Shown: positions 1 to 8,401 of the stretch, piece after piece
How the letters are laid out: each line of letters begins with the position of its first letter
How positions within the stretch are numbered: position 1 is the first letter of the stretch
Assembly: GCA_045047075.1 (NCBI GenBank)
Contig: JASFYP010000022.1
Span: 23,654-87,653 of the forward strand
Direction: 5' to 3'
Length of the DNA: 64,000 nucleotides
Source of the DNA: Flavobacteriaceae bacterium
GTDB lineage: Bacteria; Bacteroidota; Bacteroidia; Flavobacteriales; Flavobacteriaceae
Made by a program: the position numbers and the translations under genes
Notes under the pieces: model-generated
What the model was told of the DNA's origin: nothing
Databases searched by the model: none
The model's input: the letters and a program-made list of their open reading frames with translations, nothing else

Positions 1-106
1 CTTCTTTACCTTCTTCAATTTTAGAAAGTGTTGAAACCTCTACAAGAGGATCTCCAACTATTTCTCCTTCTAAAATTTCTGCGATTTGATTGGCTGTAAA
101 TTTCAT
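1..106 (-). CDS. lpxD: UDP-3-O-(3-hydroxyacyl)glucosamine N-acyltransferase, N-terminal part (runs off window)
   Basis: Manual translation of reverse strand from ATG at 106: MKFTANQIAEILEGEIVGDPLVEVSTLSKIEEGKE, a typical LpxD N-terminus; not in ORF track because truncated. Confidence 0.9.
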   Translation of the reverse strand, partial: MKFTANQIAEILEGEIVGDPLVEVSTLSKIEEGKE

Positions 107-207
107 GAATTGCAAAAGTATGAAAATTCTAAGTTTTACTAAAGTGTTGCTCCTATAAATAAAAGAAACGTTTAACTATTACAATTTTAGTTAGATACTC
201 TCAAAAA

Positions 208-1824
208 CTATAATACACCCATAACCTCAGCAATAACAATGATAAGCACCAAGGCAATAGGATATACCGTTGCATATGCAATTTGAGGTGCATTTGTTTC
301 TGTCATAGAATCGGTAGCGCTTAATCCGGGAGTTGATGTCATCCCTCCGGTCAAAGCTCCTAAAATTGATAATAAGTTTAATTTTAGTAAATATTTACCA
401 ATAATTACCGTCATAAACATCGGAATTAAAGTTATTAAAGCGCCATAAACAAATAGAATTGTACCGTGTTCGTTAATGGCAGCCACCAAGCTTTCACCAG
501 CTTTAATTCCGACAGGGGTCAGAAATAACAATAATCCAAACTGACGTAACACTTGATTTGCGGGTCCTGATAAATTCCAGATAATAGGTCCTGTTTTCCC
601 TTTCCAACTTAAAAAAAGAGCAGCTAACAAAACTCCACCTGTCAATCCTAAATTAAAATTAAAATTTCCTAAAGGGATATTTATTGAACCCAATATAATT
701 CCTATAACAATACCAAAAGCCACAGGTAAAAAACTTGTTTCTCCTACTCTTTTCAAACTATCACCAAACAAGTTTGTGACAGCAGTTACATTGCCTTTAG
801 TACATGAAACTAATAATTTATCTCCATATCTGATTCTAGTACTTGGTCTAGGAGTTAAATCGATGCTAGATCTTCTTATTCTAGTAATCGTTGCTAAATA
901 ATTTTCTAACAAATTCAATTCTGTAAGCGATTTGTTTACTACAGGTTTATTACTTACTACATACCACTTGATCTCATAAGTTCCACTTCTCGGAATTTTT
1001 TTATCTGTTGGATGACCTAGTAATACTTCGACACGTTTTAATGCTGTTTCAGTTCCGACGGCTTTTACCATATCGCCCGTTTCTAGAATTGTTTCTGGGC
1101 AAGGAGTAACCGATTCATGATTTGGTTTCATGACACGAGAAATATTTGCTTTTGTCATAAATCGAATATTCAATTCTTTGATTGTTTTTCCATGAACATT
1201 TTCATTAGAAATAATAAAATTCCTGTTTGATATTATTGGAGTATCAGCAAACATTTTTTTCTTGAATACTTCTTCTTCTTTCTCGATGGATACTCTAAAT
1301 ATTTTCGGACTCAATTTTACAAATAAAATGACTCCTAAAACTCCAAAAGGATATGCAATACCATAGCCAATAGATGCCAACGGAGAGTGGGAAGATTGTA
1401 TCGCTGCTGCTAAACCTGGAGTAGATGTCAAAGCTCCGGTTAATAGACCTGTCATCATTTTCATATCCACTCCATAAAAGTATGAAATACCTATGGCCAC
1501 GAAACCTCCTGTAATAACTGTAACTCCTGCTAACATTAGTAATTTACTCCCCTCTTGTCTAAATGAAGTAAAAAAGGTTGGACCAGCTTGCATACCGATG
1601 GTATAAATAAATAGTACCAATCCAATGTTTTGGATTATTGGTGATAGGCTAAATTCAATTCCGTACAAGTTGTATAAATAACCAAAGAATATAGCAACAA
1701 AAATAACTGCAGATAGGTCAAAATAGATCCCCTTAATTTTAATTTTACCTATTGCTATTCCTAATCCGATAACTAAGAATAGTACAAAGTAATCTCGAGT
1801 AAGTAACTCTTGAATTAAATTCAT
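208..1824 (-). CDS. YidE/YbjL (aspartate:alanine exchanger family) transporter with two TrkA-C domains
   Basis: Duplicated membrane domains with GALTSTPGL / GGMTSTPGL and YGIAYPFG / YATVYP motifs flanking two RCK-C-like domains. ATG at 1824 preferred over TTG 1842 because a TAATTTTG -7 promoter element sits at 1845-1852. Confidence 0.88.
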   Translation of the reverse strand: MNLIQELLTRDYFVLFLVIGLGIAIGKIKIKGIYFDLSAVIFVAIFFGYLYNLYGIEFSLSPIIQNIGLVLFIYTIGMQAGPTFFTSFRQEGSKLLMLAGVTVITGGFVAIGISYFYGVDMKMMTGLLTGALTSTPGLAAAIQSSHSPLASIGYGIAYPFGVLGVILFVKLSPKIFRVSIEKEEEVFKKKMFADTPIISNRNFIISNENVHGKTIKELNIRFMTKANISRVMKPNHESVTPCPETILETGDMVKAVGTETALKRVEVLLGHPTDKKIPRSGTYEIKWYVVSNKPVVNKSLTELNLLENYLATITRIRRSSIDLTPRPSTRIRYGDKLLVSCTKGNVTAVTNLFGDSLKRVGETSFLPVAFGIVIGIILGSINIPLGNFNFNLGLTGGVLLAALFLSWKGKTGPIIWNLSGPANQVLRQFGLLLFLTPVGIKAGESLVAAINEHGTILFVYGALITLIPMFMTVIIGKYLLKLNLLSILGALTGGMTSTPGLSATDSMTETNAPQIAYATVYPIALVLIIVIAEVMGVL

Positions 1825-1844
1825 TTCTAATATGTTTTGCAATG

Positions 1845-1852
1845 CAAAATTA
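1845..1852 (-). promoter_or_regulatory. Bacteroidota sigma-70 -7 element (TAATTTTG)
   Basis: Matches TAnnTTTG about 20 nt upstream of ATG 1824. Confidence 0.55.
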
Positions 1853-1897
1853 TCTCTTAATCAAATTAATAAATATGACCTAAATCATTAAATCAAT

Positions 1898-1925
1898 AAA
1901 ACTTCAGAGGGTTTTCAAAACCTGC
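1898..1925. repeat. Degenerate REP-like palindrome (AGG-GTTTTC-AAAAC-CT type) overlapping the HD gene stop
   Basis: gagggttttcaaaacct core, similar to ggtttttgaaacct at 4976-4990. Confidence 0.35.
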
Positions 1926-3150
1926 TTTTCGGATAACAAACAAAATGTTTTACAACAGGTTTAGATAAGGTTTGGATATTTAAATGATCTGAGGCTTCTA
2001 CTATATTTTTTACTGAATCATCTTTGTATAAAATTTGAATTTGGTTATCAACCTCGCTATATGCCTGATTAGAAACAGTATCTTGAATAAAGAAATATCC
2101 CATTTCATCGTCCGTTAATTGTAAGTCATCTTGAACTTCTTTTTTTGTAGTTTTTAACTCAATAATATCAAAAGGATTATTTTGAATTTTTACAAACCAC
2201 AATTTTCTATCAACCAACATTTTTGATAAAGATGCTAAAATTCTATCATCACAAGCTGTCCATTCTTTAATTGCGGACAATACATCATAATCATCTAGCT
2301 TAGAAAATATTTCTAGGGTTTCATCTGTAAAATTAGTTGTTGTAATTTGATGCTGTAAAAAATACGTCAACGCTGTGCTCGCTCTTAATTCAACTCCACT
2401 TTCAACCAATTCTTTTGCACGCTTTAAAGTCTTAACCAGAATTCTCTCCGCCACCAAACCTGTTTTGTGCAGGTACACTTGCCAATACATCAGTCTACGA
2501 GAAATAATAAATTTTTCGACTGAATAAATTCCCTTTTCTTCAATTAACAATACATCGTCTTTTACGTTGAGCATTGCAATCAATCTGTCAGAATTAATAT
2601 TTCCTTCAGACACACCTGTATAAAAACTATCACGCTTTAAATAATCCAATCGATCCATATCCAATTGACTACTAATCAACTGATTTAAAAACATACGATG
2701 GTATTCTCCTTTAAAAATTTTAATTGCCAAAGAAAGTTCACCGCCAAACTCAACATCCAAAGCTTCCATAAACTTTAAAGAAATTTCTTCGTGACTTATT
2801 CCTGTAACAATACTATGCTCCAAGGCATGAGAAAAAGCTCCATGACCAATATCGTGCAACAGAATAGCAATATAAACAGCATTCTCTTCATCTTCAGAAA
2901 TTTCGACACCCTTAAAACGTAAAACTCTTACAGCTCGCTCCATTAAATAGATACAACCAATAGCATGTTGAAAACGCGTATGATGCGCCCCTGGATATAC
3001 CATATACGACATCCCCATTTGCGAAACACGCCTTAATCGCTGAAAATAACGATGTTCGATTAAATCGAAAATTAAAGTATTGGGAATTGTAATAAAACCG
3101 TAAATTGGGTCGTTAATGATTTTTAGTTTGTTCGTTTTTTTAGCGGTCAA
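1915..3150 (-). CDS. HD-domain phosphohydrolase (dNTP triphosphohydrolase / SAMHD1-like family)
   Basis: INDPIYG, QRLRR.SQ.G, HTRFQH..G, LLHDIGHG.FSH, DMDRLDYL.RD motifs. Confidence 0.9.
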   Translation of the reverse strand: MTAKKTNKLKIINDPIYGFITIPNTLIFDLIEHRYFQRLRRVSQMGMSYMVYPGAHHTRFQHAIGCIYLMERAVRVLRFKGVEISEDEENAVYIAILLHDIGHGAFSHALEHSIVTGISHEEISLKFMEALDVEFGGELSLAIKIFKGEYHRMFLNQLISSQLDMDRLDYLKRDSFYTGVSEGNINSDRLIAMLNVKDDVLLIEEKGIYSVEKFIISRRLMYWQVYLHKTGLVAERILVKTLKRAKELVESGVELRASTALTYFLQHQITTTNFTDETLEIFSKLDDYDVLSAIKEWTACDDRILASLSKMLVDRKLWFVKIQNNPFDIIELKTTKKEVQDDLQLTDDEMGYFFIQDTVSNQAYSEVDNQIQILYKDDSVKNIVEASDHLNIQTLSKPVVKHFVCYPKSRF

Positions 3151-3276
3151 AATAATAAGGTTTATTTAACAGGTCTGATTTATCTCGACCAAATTTTCTA
3201 TTTATTTTTGTCTTCTCAAGATTGATTGAGAGGTCGTCAAAATACAATTTAACAATAACAAAGATAACAATTAAGT

Positions 3277-4824
3277 ATGAGTAATATACACATTTTATGG
3301 GTTGATGATGAAATAGACTTACTGAAGCCACACGTAATTTTCCTAGAAAAGAAAAACTATAAAGTAACAACTTGTACCAATGGTGCCGATGCAATCGACA
3401 TGATTGAAGAAGAAAATTTTGATATTGTTTTTTTGGATGAAAATATGCCAGGGATGACAGGTTTGGAAACTTTGACAGAAATAAAATCTAAAAATGCAAA
3501 CCTTCCTATTATCATGATTACTAAAAGTGAGGAAGAATACATTATGGAGGATGCTATCGGTAATAAAATTGCTGACTATCTTATTAAGCCTGTAAACCCA
3601 ATGCAAATTTTACTGAGTTTAAAAAAGAATTTGGATCATTCTCGCTTGGTTTCTGAAAAAACAACTTCTAACTATCAACAAGAATTTAGAAAAATTTCGA
3701 TGGATTTGGCAATGGTAAATTCTCATGAAGAATGGGCTGAGTTGTATCAAAAATTAGTGTATTGGGAATTGCAATTAGATACCATTAATGACCAAGGGAT
3801 GATTGAAATTTTAGAAAGCCAAAAGCAAGAAGCAAATGCGCAGTTTTTTAAATTTATCAAAAAAAATTATACCGATTGGTTTCATTACGACGACAGGCCA
3901 ACACTATCTCATACACTGTTTAAAGATTGTGTAGTTCCTAATCTAGACAAAGAAAACGGAACCTTATTTGTAGTCATTGACAACCTGCGATATGACCAGT
4001 GGCGTTTAATTGAGCCTTTGATTGCAAATCATTATAAGAAGTCTAAAGAAATACCTTTTTACAGTATTTTACCAACGGCAACGCAATATTCCAGAAATGC
4101 TATTTTCTCGGGTTTGATGCCGTCTGAAATGGAAAGGATGTATCCTCAATATTGGAGAAATGATACTGATGAAGGTGGTAAAAACTTATATGAAAATGAA
4201 TTTTTAACAGAACAAATTAAAAGATTGGGTTTAAACCTTAAGCACGAATATTTTAAAATTACCAATTTAAAAGCCGGAAAACATTTGGCAGACACCTACA
4301 AATCAACCAAAGAAAATGACTTAACGGTCATTGTTTATAATTTTGTAGATATGCTCTCACATGCCAAAACCGAAATGGATGTTATTAAGCAATTGGCTGA
4401 TGATGATAAGGCATATCGGTCGCTAACAGAAAGCTGGTTTAAAAATTCACCATTATTGGAAATTATTCAAAAGGCACAAGAAATGGGTCAAAAATTAATT
4501 ATTACAACTGACCATGGAACGATCAATGCAAAATCTCCTACAAAGGTAATTGGCGATAAAAATATCAGTTCAAATTTACGTTACAAAACTGGAAAGAGCT
4601 TGTCATATAACGATAAAGATGTGTATGCTGTAAAAACCCCGAAAGATATTTTCTTGCCAACAATAAATATGAACAGCTCATTTATTTTTGCTAAAGAAGA
4701 TTTGTTTTTTGCATACCCAAATAATTACAATCACTTTGTAAACTATTATAAAAACACCTATCAACATGGTGGAATTTCATTAGAAGAGATGATTATTCCA
4801 TGTGCTATTTTAGATCCGAAGTAA
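3277..4824 (+). CDS. porX: PorX response regulator (receiver + PglZ/alkaline-phosphatase-like domain), T9SS regulation
   Basis: N-terminal receiver (WVDDE, FLDENMPG), C-terminal VIDNLRYDQW, LPTATQYSRN, TTDHG, YQHGG; flanked by HD gene and tsaE. Confidence 0.93.
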   Translation: MSNIHILWVDDEIDLLKPHVIFLEKKNYKVTTCTNGADAIDMIEEENFDIVFLDENMPGMTGLETLTEIKSKNANLPIIMITKSEEEYIMEDAIGNKIADYLIKPVNPMQILLSLKKNLDHSRLVSEKTTSNYQQEFRKISMDLAMVNSHEEWAELYQKLVYWELQLDTINDQGMIEILESQKQEANAQFFKFIKKNYTDWFHYDDRPTLSHTLFKDCVVPNLDKENGTLFVVIDNLRYDQWRLIEPLIANHYKKSKEIPFYSILPTATQYSRNAIFSGLMPSEMERMYPQYWRNDTDEGGKNLYENEFLTEQIKRLGLNLKHEYFKITNLKAGKHLADTYKSTKENDLTVIVYNFVDMLSHAKTEMDVIKQLADDDKAYRSLTESWFKNSPLLEIIQKAQEMGQKLIITTDHGTINAKSPTKVIGDKNISSNLRYKTGKSLSYNDKDVYAVKTPKDIFLPTINMNSSFIFAKEDLFFAYPNNYNHFVNYYKNTYQHGGISLEEMIIPCAILDPK

Positions 4825-4942
4825 GGTTAAAAATTTCAAAAAAAAAATATAAATTCTATAATAAGTAGCTCAAAATTCAATAATCAAATACCGAATGATA
4901 TAAGCCATTAAATAAATGTATGCCTCCTGATGTCTTTTTTTT

Positions 4943-4996
4943 GACCTTGTAGGTGTTAATTAAATATACCTACACGGTTTTTTGAAACCTTGCAGG
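4943..4996. repeat. REP-like inverted repeat between porX and tsaE
   Basis: accttgtaggt ... acctacacggt (10/11 inverted match) followed by a third partial unit aaaccttgcagg. Confidence 0.6.
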
Positions 4997-5027
4997 AAGA
5001 AAACTTAGTTTAACAACCAAATCAGCA

Positions 5028-5444
5028 TTGAAACAAAACTACGCACTCAATCAACTTCCAGAAATTGCAAAAGAGATTCTTGCTACAGCACAGCATAAAA
5101 TCTTGCTCTTTAATGGCAAAATGGGTGTTGGTAAAACTACTTTAATAAAAGAGTTGGTTAACCAATTAGGTTTTAAAGACATTGCCAACTCCCCTACTTT
5201 TTCTTTGGTAAATGAATACCAAACTCCAAAGGGTGAAAAAATATATCACTTCGATTTTTACAGAATTGAATCAGAAGAAGAAGCTTATGATATAGGAATT
5301 GAAGATTATTTTTATGGTGACCATTGGTGCTTTATTGAATGGGGCGAAAAAGTAAAAAATTTACTACCTTTAGAAATTGTAAACATCAATATTGTTGTAA
5401 ATCCAAACAACCAACGAACCATAGAAATTGACCAAGATGAGTAA
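5028..5444 (+). CDS. tsaE: tRNA threonylcarbamoyladenosine biosynthesis ATPase TsaE
   Basis: Walker A GKMGVGKTT, SPTFSLVNEY, HFDFYR, IEWGE. Confidence 0.95.
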   Translation: MKQNYALNQLPEIAKEILATAQHKILLFNGKMGVGKTTLIKELVNQLGFKDIANSPTFSLVNEYQTPKGEKIYHFDFYRIESEEEAYDIGIEDYFYGDHWCFIEWGEKVKNLLPLEIVNINIVVNPNNQRTIEIDQDE

Positions 5445-6639
5445 AAAAGCATCTTCACCATTTAGCAAAGAACAATTAATGCCTCAGGCAGAAATGCTTG
5501 AAGTAGCTCGAGAAAAAGGAGAGCTTTTTATTGGAATTCCAAAAGAATATTACGCACAAGAAAAACGAGTTTCCTTAACGCCAGATGCTGTTTCAGCATT
5601 AACTGCTCACGGTCATCGTGTTGTTATTGAAACCGGTGCAGGTGAAGAATCTAACTTTTCAGATTCCGAATATTCTGAAGCTGGAGCTAAAATTGCCTAC
5701 GATATAAAAGAAGCTTTTGCATGTAAAATTGTTTTAAAAGTTGAGCCTCCTTCGTTTGAAGAAATTGAAATGATGCATCCACAATGTGTCTTATTTTCTG
5801 CACTTCAATTAAAAACACAATCAAAAAAATATTTTGAATTATTAGCTAAGAAAAGAATCACAGCAGTTGCTTTTGATTTTATTAGAGATAGTACAGGAGC
5901 TTATCCTGTAGTGAAATCTTTGAGTGAAATTGCAGGAGTTGCATCAATACTTATCGCAAGTGAATTGATGAGCTCTGACAAAACTGGTAACGGTTTATTG
6001 ATGGGGAATATCAGCGGAGTTCCTCCTACCGACGTTGTAATTATTGGTGCAGGAACTGTCGGTGAATTCGCAGCTCGTTCTGCAATTGGACTTGGTGCAA
6101 GAGTAAAAGTCTTTGACAATTCCCTTTCTAAATTAAGACATATTCAGCGGAGTTTGGGTAGTTTGATTTACACATCTACCATCCAACCAAAAACTTTACA
6201 AAAAGCATTAATGCGCTGTGATGTGGCTATTGGTGCTATTCGTGGTAAAACCAGATCTCCAATTATTGTTACCGAACAGATGGTTGAAAACATGAAAGAT
6301 GGGGCTGTAATTGTTGATGTAAGTATTGACCGTGGGGGCTGTTTTGAAACCTCGGAAGTCACGTCGCATAAAAGTCCAACTTTCGAAAAATACGGAATTA
6401 TTCATTATTGCGTCCCTAATATTCCGTCTAAATATGCGCGGACCGCCTCGGTATCTATCAGTAATATTTTTACTCCATATCTCTTAAACATTGGTGAAGA
6501 AGGTGGTTTTGAAAATGCTGTAAGGTTTGATAGAAGTCTACAAAAAGGCATGTATTTTTACCACGGAATTCTAACCAATAAATCTGTTGCTGATTGGTTC
6601 GGACTTCCTTTTAGAGATATTAATTTACTGATTTTATAA
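5437..6639 (+). CDS. ald: Alanine dehydrogenase-family protein (non-canonical active site)
   Basis: IGIPKE, EKRVSLTP, GAGTVG NAD-binding loop, DVSIDRGGCFETS, HYCVPNIP; ATG 5437 overlaps tsaE end. Confidence 0.7.
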   Translation: MSKKASSPFSKEQLMPQAEMLEVAREKGELFIGIPKEYYAQEKRVSLTPDAVSALTAHGHRVVIETGAGEESNFSDSEYSEAGAKIAYDIKEAFACKIVLKVEPPSFEEIEMMHPQCVLFSALQLKTQSKKYFELLAKKRITAVAFDFIRDSTGAYPVVKSLSEIAGVASILIASELMSSDKTGNGLLMGNISGVPPTDVVIIGAGTVGEFAARSAIGLGARVKVFDNSLSKLRHIQRSLGSLIYTSTIQPKTLQKALMRCDVAIGAIRGKTRSPIIVTEQMVENMKDGAVIVDVSIDRGGCFETSEVTSHKSPTFEKYGIIHYCVPNIPSKYARTASVSISNIFTPYLLNIGEEGGFENAVRFDRSLQKGMYFYHGILTNKSVADWFGLPFRDINLLIL

Positions 6640-6719
6640 ACCTCAATTGCACTACTTGTACCCTATACTATATTGCAAAACGAGTACTCTTATTTATTTG
6701 TTAGCACTTATTAAAAAAA

Positions 6720-7298
6720 ATGGAACGATTGACTAAATTTATAGAAAAGAATATTTCAGGGAAAAAGGTCTTAGGGCTTTTTATCTTGACCAATGTTGTT
6801 TATCTCTTTATGCTGACTGTTACAATTCCTAAAACAATGGAATTCTCTAATGGAATGAAATTATTGGATATGATGCCCACTGGATATGATTTGAATTATG
6901 TAAGTGAATTATTCAATTATCTTGGAGAAAATGGACGTGAGACTTATCTAACCAGCCAAATACCTGTGGATATGATTTACCCGTTACTTTTCGGACTTTC
7001 TTACTGTTTGCTTTTTGGGTATTTCTTAAAAAAACTAAACAAACTCACTAGCCCATATTTATATTTATGCCTACTTCCTGTAATTGCAGGAATTTCAGAT
7101 TATTTGGAAAATATAGGAATAATTGTAATGTTGAACAATTATCCAGACCTGACAGAGACTACGGTTAATGTAACTAATATTTTTACAGTTCTAAAAAGTA
7201 TTTCAACAAGTATATTTTTTATTACTTTGATAGTAATCTTAATAATACTTGGGATTAAATTCGTGAAAAAAAATAAAACAAGTGCTAACACCTTCTAA
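6720..7298 (+). CDS. Hypothetical membrane protein carried in a cassette-like unit
   Basis: 192 aa, about four hydrophobic segments; LLDMMPTGY, GRETY, DMIYP, DYLEN motifs; no family recognised. Confidence 0.8.
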   Translation: MERLTKFIEKNISGKKVLGLFILTNVVYLFMLTVTIPKTMEFSNGMKLLDMMPTGYDLNYVSELFNYLGENGRETYLTSQIPVDMIYPLLFGLSYCLLFGYFLKKLNKLTSPYLYLCLLPVIAGISDYLENIGIIVMLNNYPDLTETTVNVTNIFTVLKSISTSIFFITLIVILIILGIKFVKKNKTSANTF

Positions 7299-7333
7299 AA
7301 TTAATTGCTTGGTACAAGCCTACTTACGAAAAT

Positions 7334-7538
7334 CCTGGGCAAACTCATGCTTTTTTATAAAAAACATGATAAGACACGAATTTCACTAATTGCACAAATA
7401 AATGAATTTAATTCATTTAAAACCCACGTGATTTTAACCAAAAAAAATACATAAAGATAAAAATCTAAAGATTTTTAAAAAAATTAGTGGACATTCGTGA
7501 AATTAGTGTCTAAAAACACAAGTATGAGTTTGCCCTGG
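7334..7538. mobile_element. 205-bp MITE-like element with 19-bp terminal inverted repeats and 7-bp target duplication
   Basis: Left cctgggcaaactcatgctt (7334-7352) vs reverse complement of right end ccagggcaaactcatactt (7520-7538), 17/19 identical; cgaaaat directly flanks both sides (7327-7333, 7539-7545); no ORF. Confidence 0.7.
7372..7511. repeat. REP-like inverted repeat pair nested inside the MITE
   Basis: agacacgaatttcactaat (from 7372) vs attcgtgaaattagtgtct (to 7511). Confidence 0.65.
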
Positions 7539-7713
7539 CGAAAATCCTCACGAATTTTCTATTCGGTTTGTATTTGCTAAATTTGTTACTTAAACAACGC
7601 AACTAATCTTATACAAGACCGATACCTTTAGAATTTAAATACTATCCATACAACTTATCAATTCATAAAAAAGAGTATATTTGATTCACTAAATATAATA
7701 ATTAGTATACCCT

Positions 7714-8367
7714 ATGTCAATTGCTGATAACCTGCAACTAATCAAAAAAAATATTCCAAAAAAAGTTACGCTTGTAGCTGTTTCTAAAACAAAACCCATT
7801 ACATCTATTATCGAAGCCTATGATACAGGGCAACGGGTGTTTGGAGAGAATAAAATTCAGGAAATGGTTGATAAGCAATTACAACTTCCAGATGATATCA
7901 AATGGCATATGATTGGCCACTTACAACGGAATAAAGTAAAGTATATGGCCTCTTTTGTAAGTTTGATTCATGGTGTTGACAGCATCAAAACTTTAAAGGA
8001 AATAAACAAACAAGCCAAGAAATACAATAGAGTTATTGATTGTTTGCTACAGGCTAAAATTGCTGTAGAAGACACCAAGTTTGGTTTGTGTGGAATCGAA
8101 ATTGCAACCATATTAAATTCACCAGAAGTAAAAGAATTCGAAAATATTAAGATTGTTGGATTGATGGGAATGGCAACTTTTACAGATGATAAAAAACAAG
8201 TTCAAAAAGAATTCAGAACATTAAAAGAATTGTTTGATAAATTCAAAGAAAACCATCAACAACTCAAAATAATATCTATGGGGATGAGTGGTGATTTTAA
8301 ACTCGCCATTGAAGAAGGTAGTACTATGATTAGAGTAGGAAGCTCGATATTTGGAAGTAGAAATTAA
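7714..8367 (+). CDS. yggS: PLP homeostasis protein YggS/PROSC
   Basis: LVAVSKTK, FGENKIQE, WHMIGHLQRNK, GLMGM, SMGMSGDF, GSTMIRVGS.IFG. Confidence 0.95.
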   Translation: MSIADNLQLIKKNIPKKVTLVAVSKTKPITSIIEAYDTGQRVFGENKIQEMVDKQLQLPDDIKWHMIGHLQRNKVKYMASFVSLIHGVDSIKTLKEINKQAKKYNRVIDCLLQAKIAVEDTKFGLCGIEIATILNSPEVKEFENIKIVGLMGMATFTDDKKQVQKEFRTLKELFDKFKENHQQLKIISMGMSGDFKLAIEEGSTMIRVGSSIFGSRN

Positions 8368-8401
8368 TTTATAAACAAGCCCTAAAATAGATTCAAAATA
8401 A

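Larger units (their letters stand above)
6699..7626 (+). mobile_element. Putative integron-like gene cassette (single ORF plus attC-like site)
   Basis: tgttagcactt (6699-6709) just before ATG and its exact reverse complement aagtgctaaca (7280-7290) at the ORF end; downstream sequence folds into a long imperfect hairpin once the MITE is removed. Confidence 0.6.

Noticed and set aside
1825-1842. TTG start for the transporter given by the ORF track
   Set aside because: It lies at or upstream of the predicted transcription start behind the -7 element; ATG 1824 is preferred.
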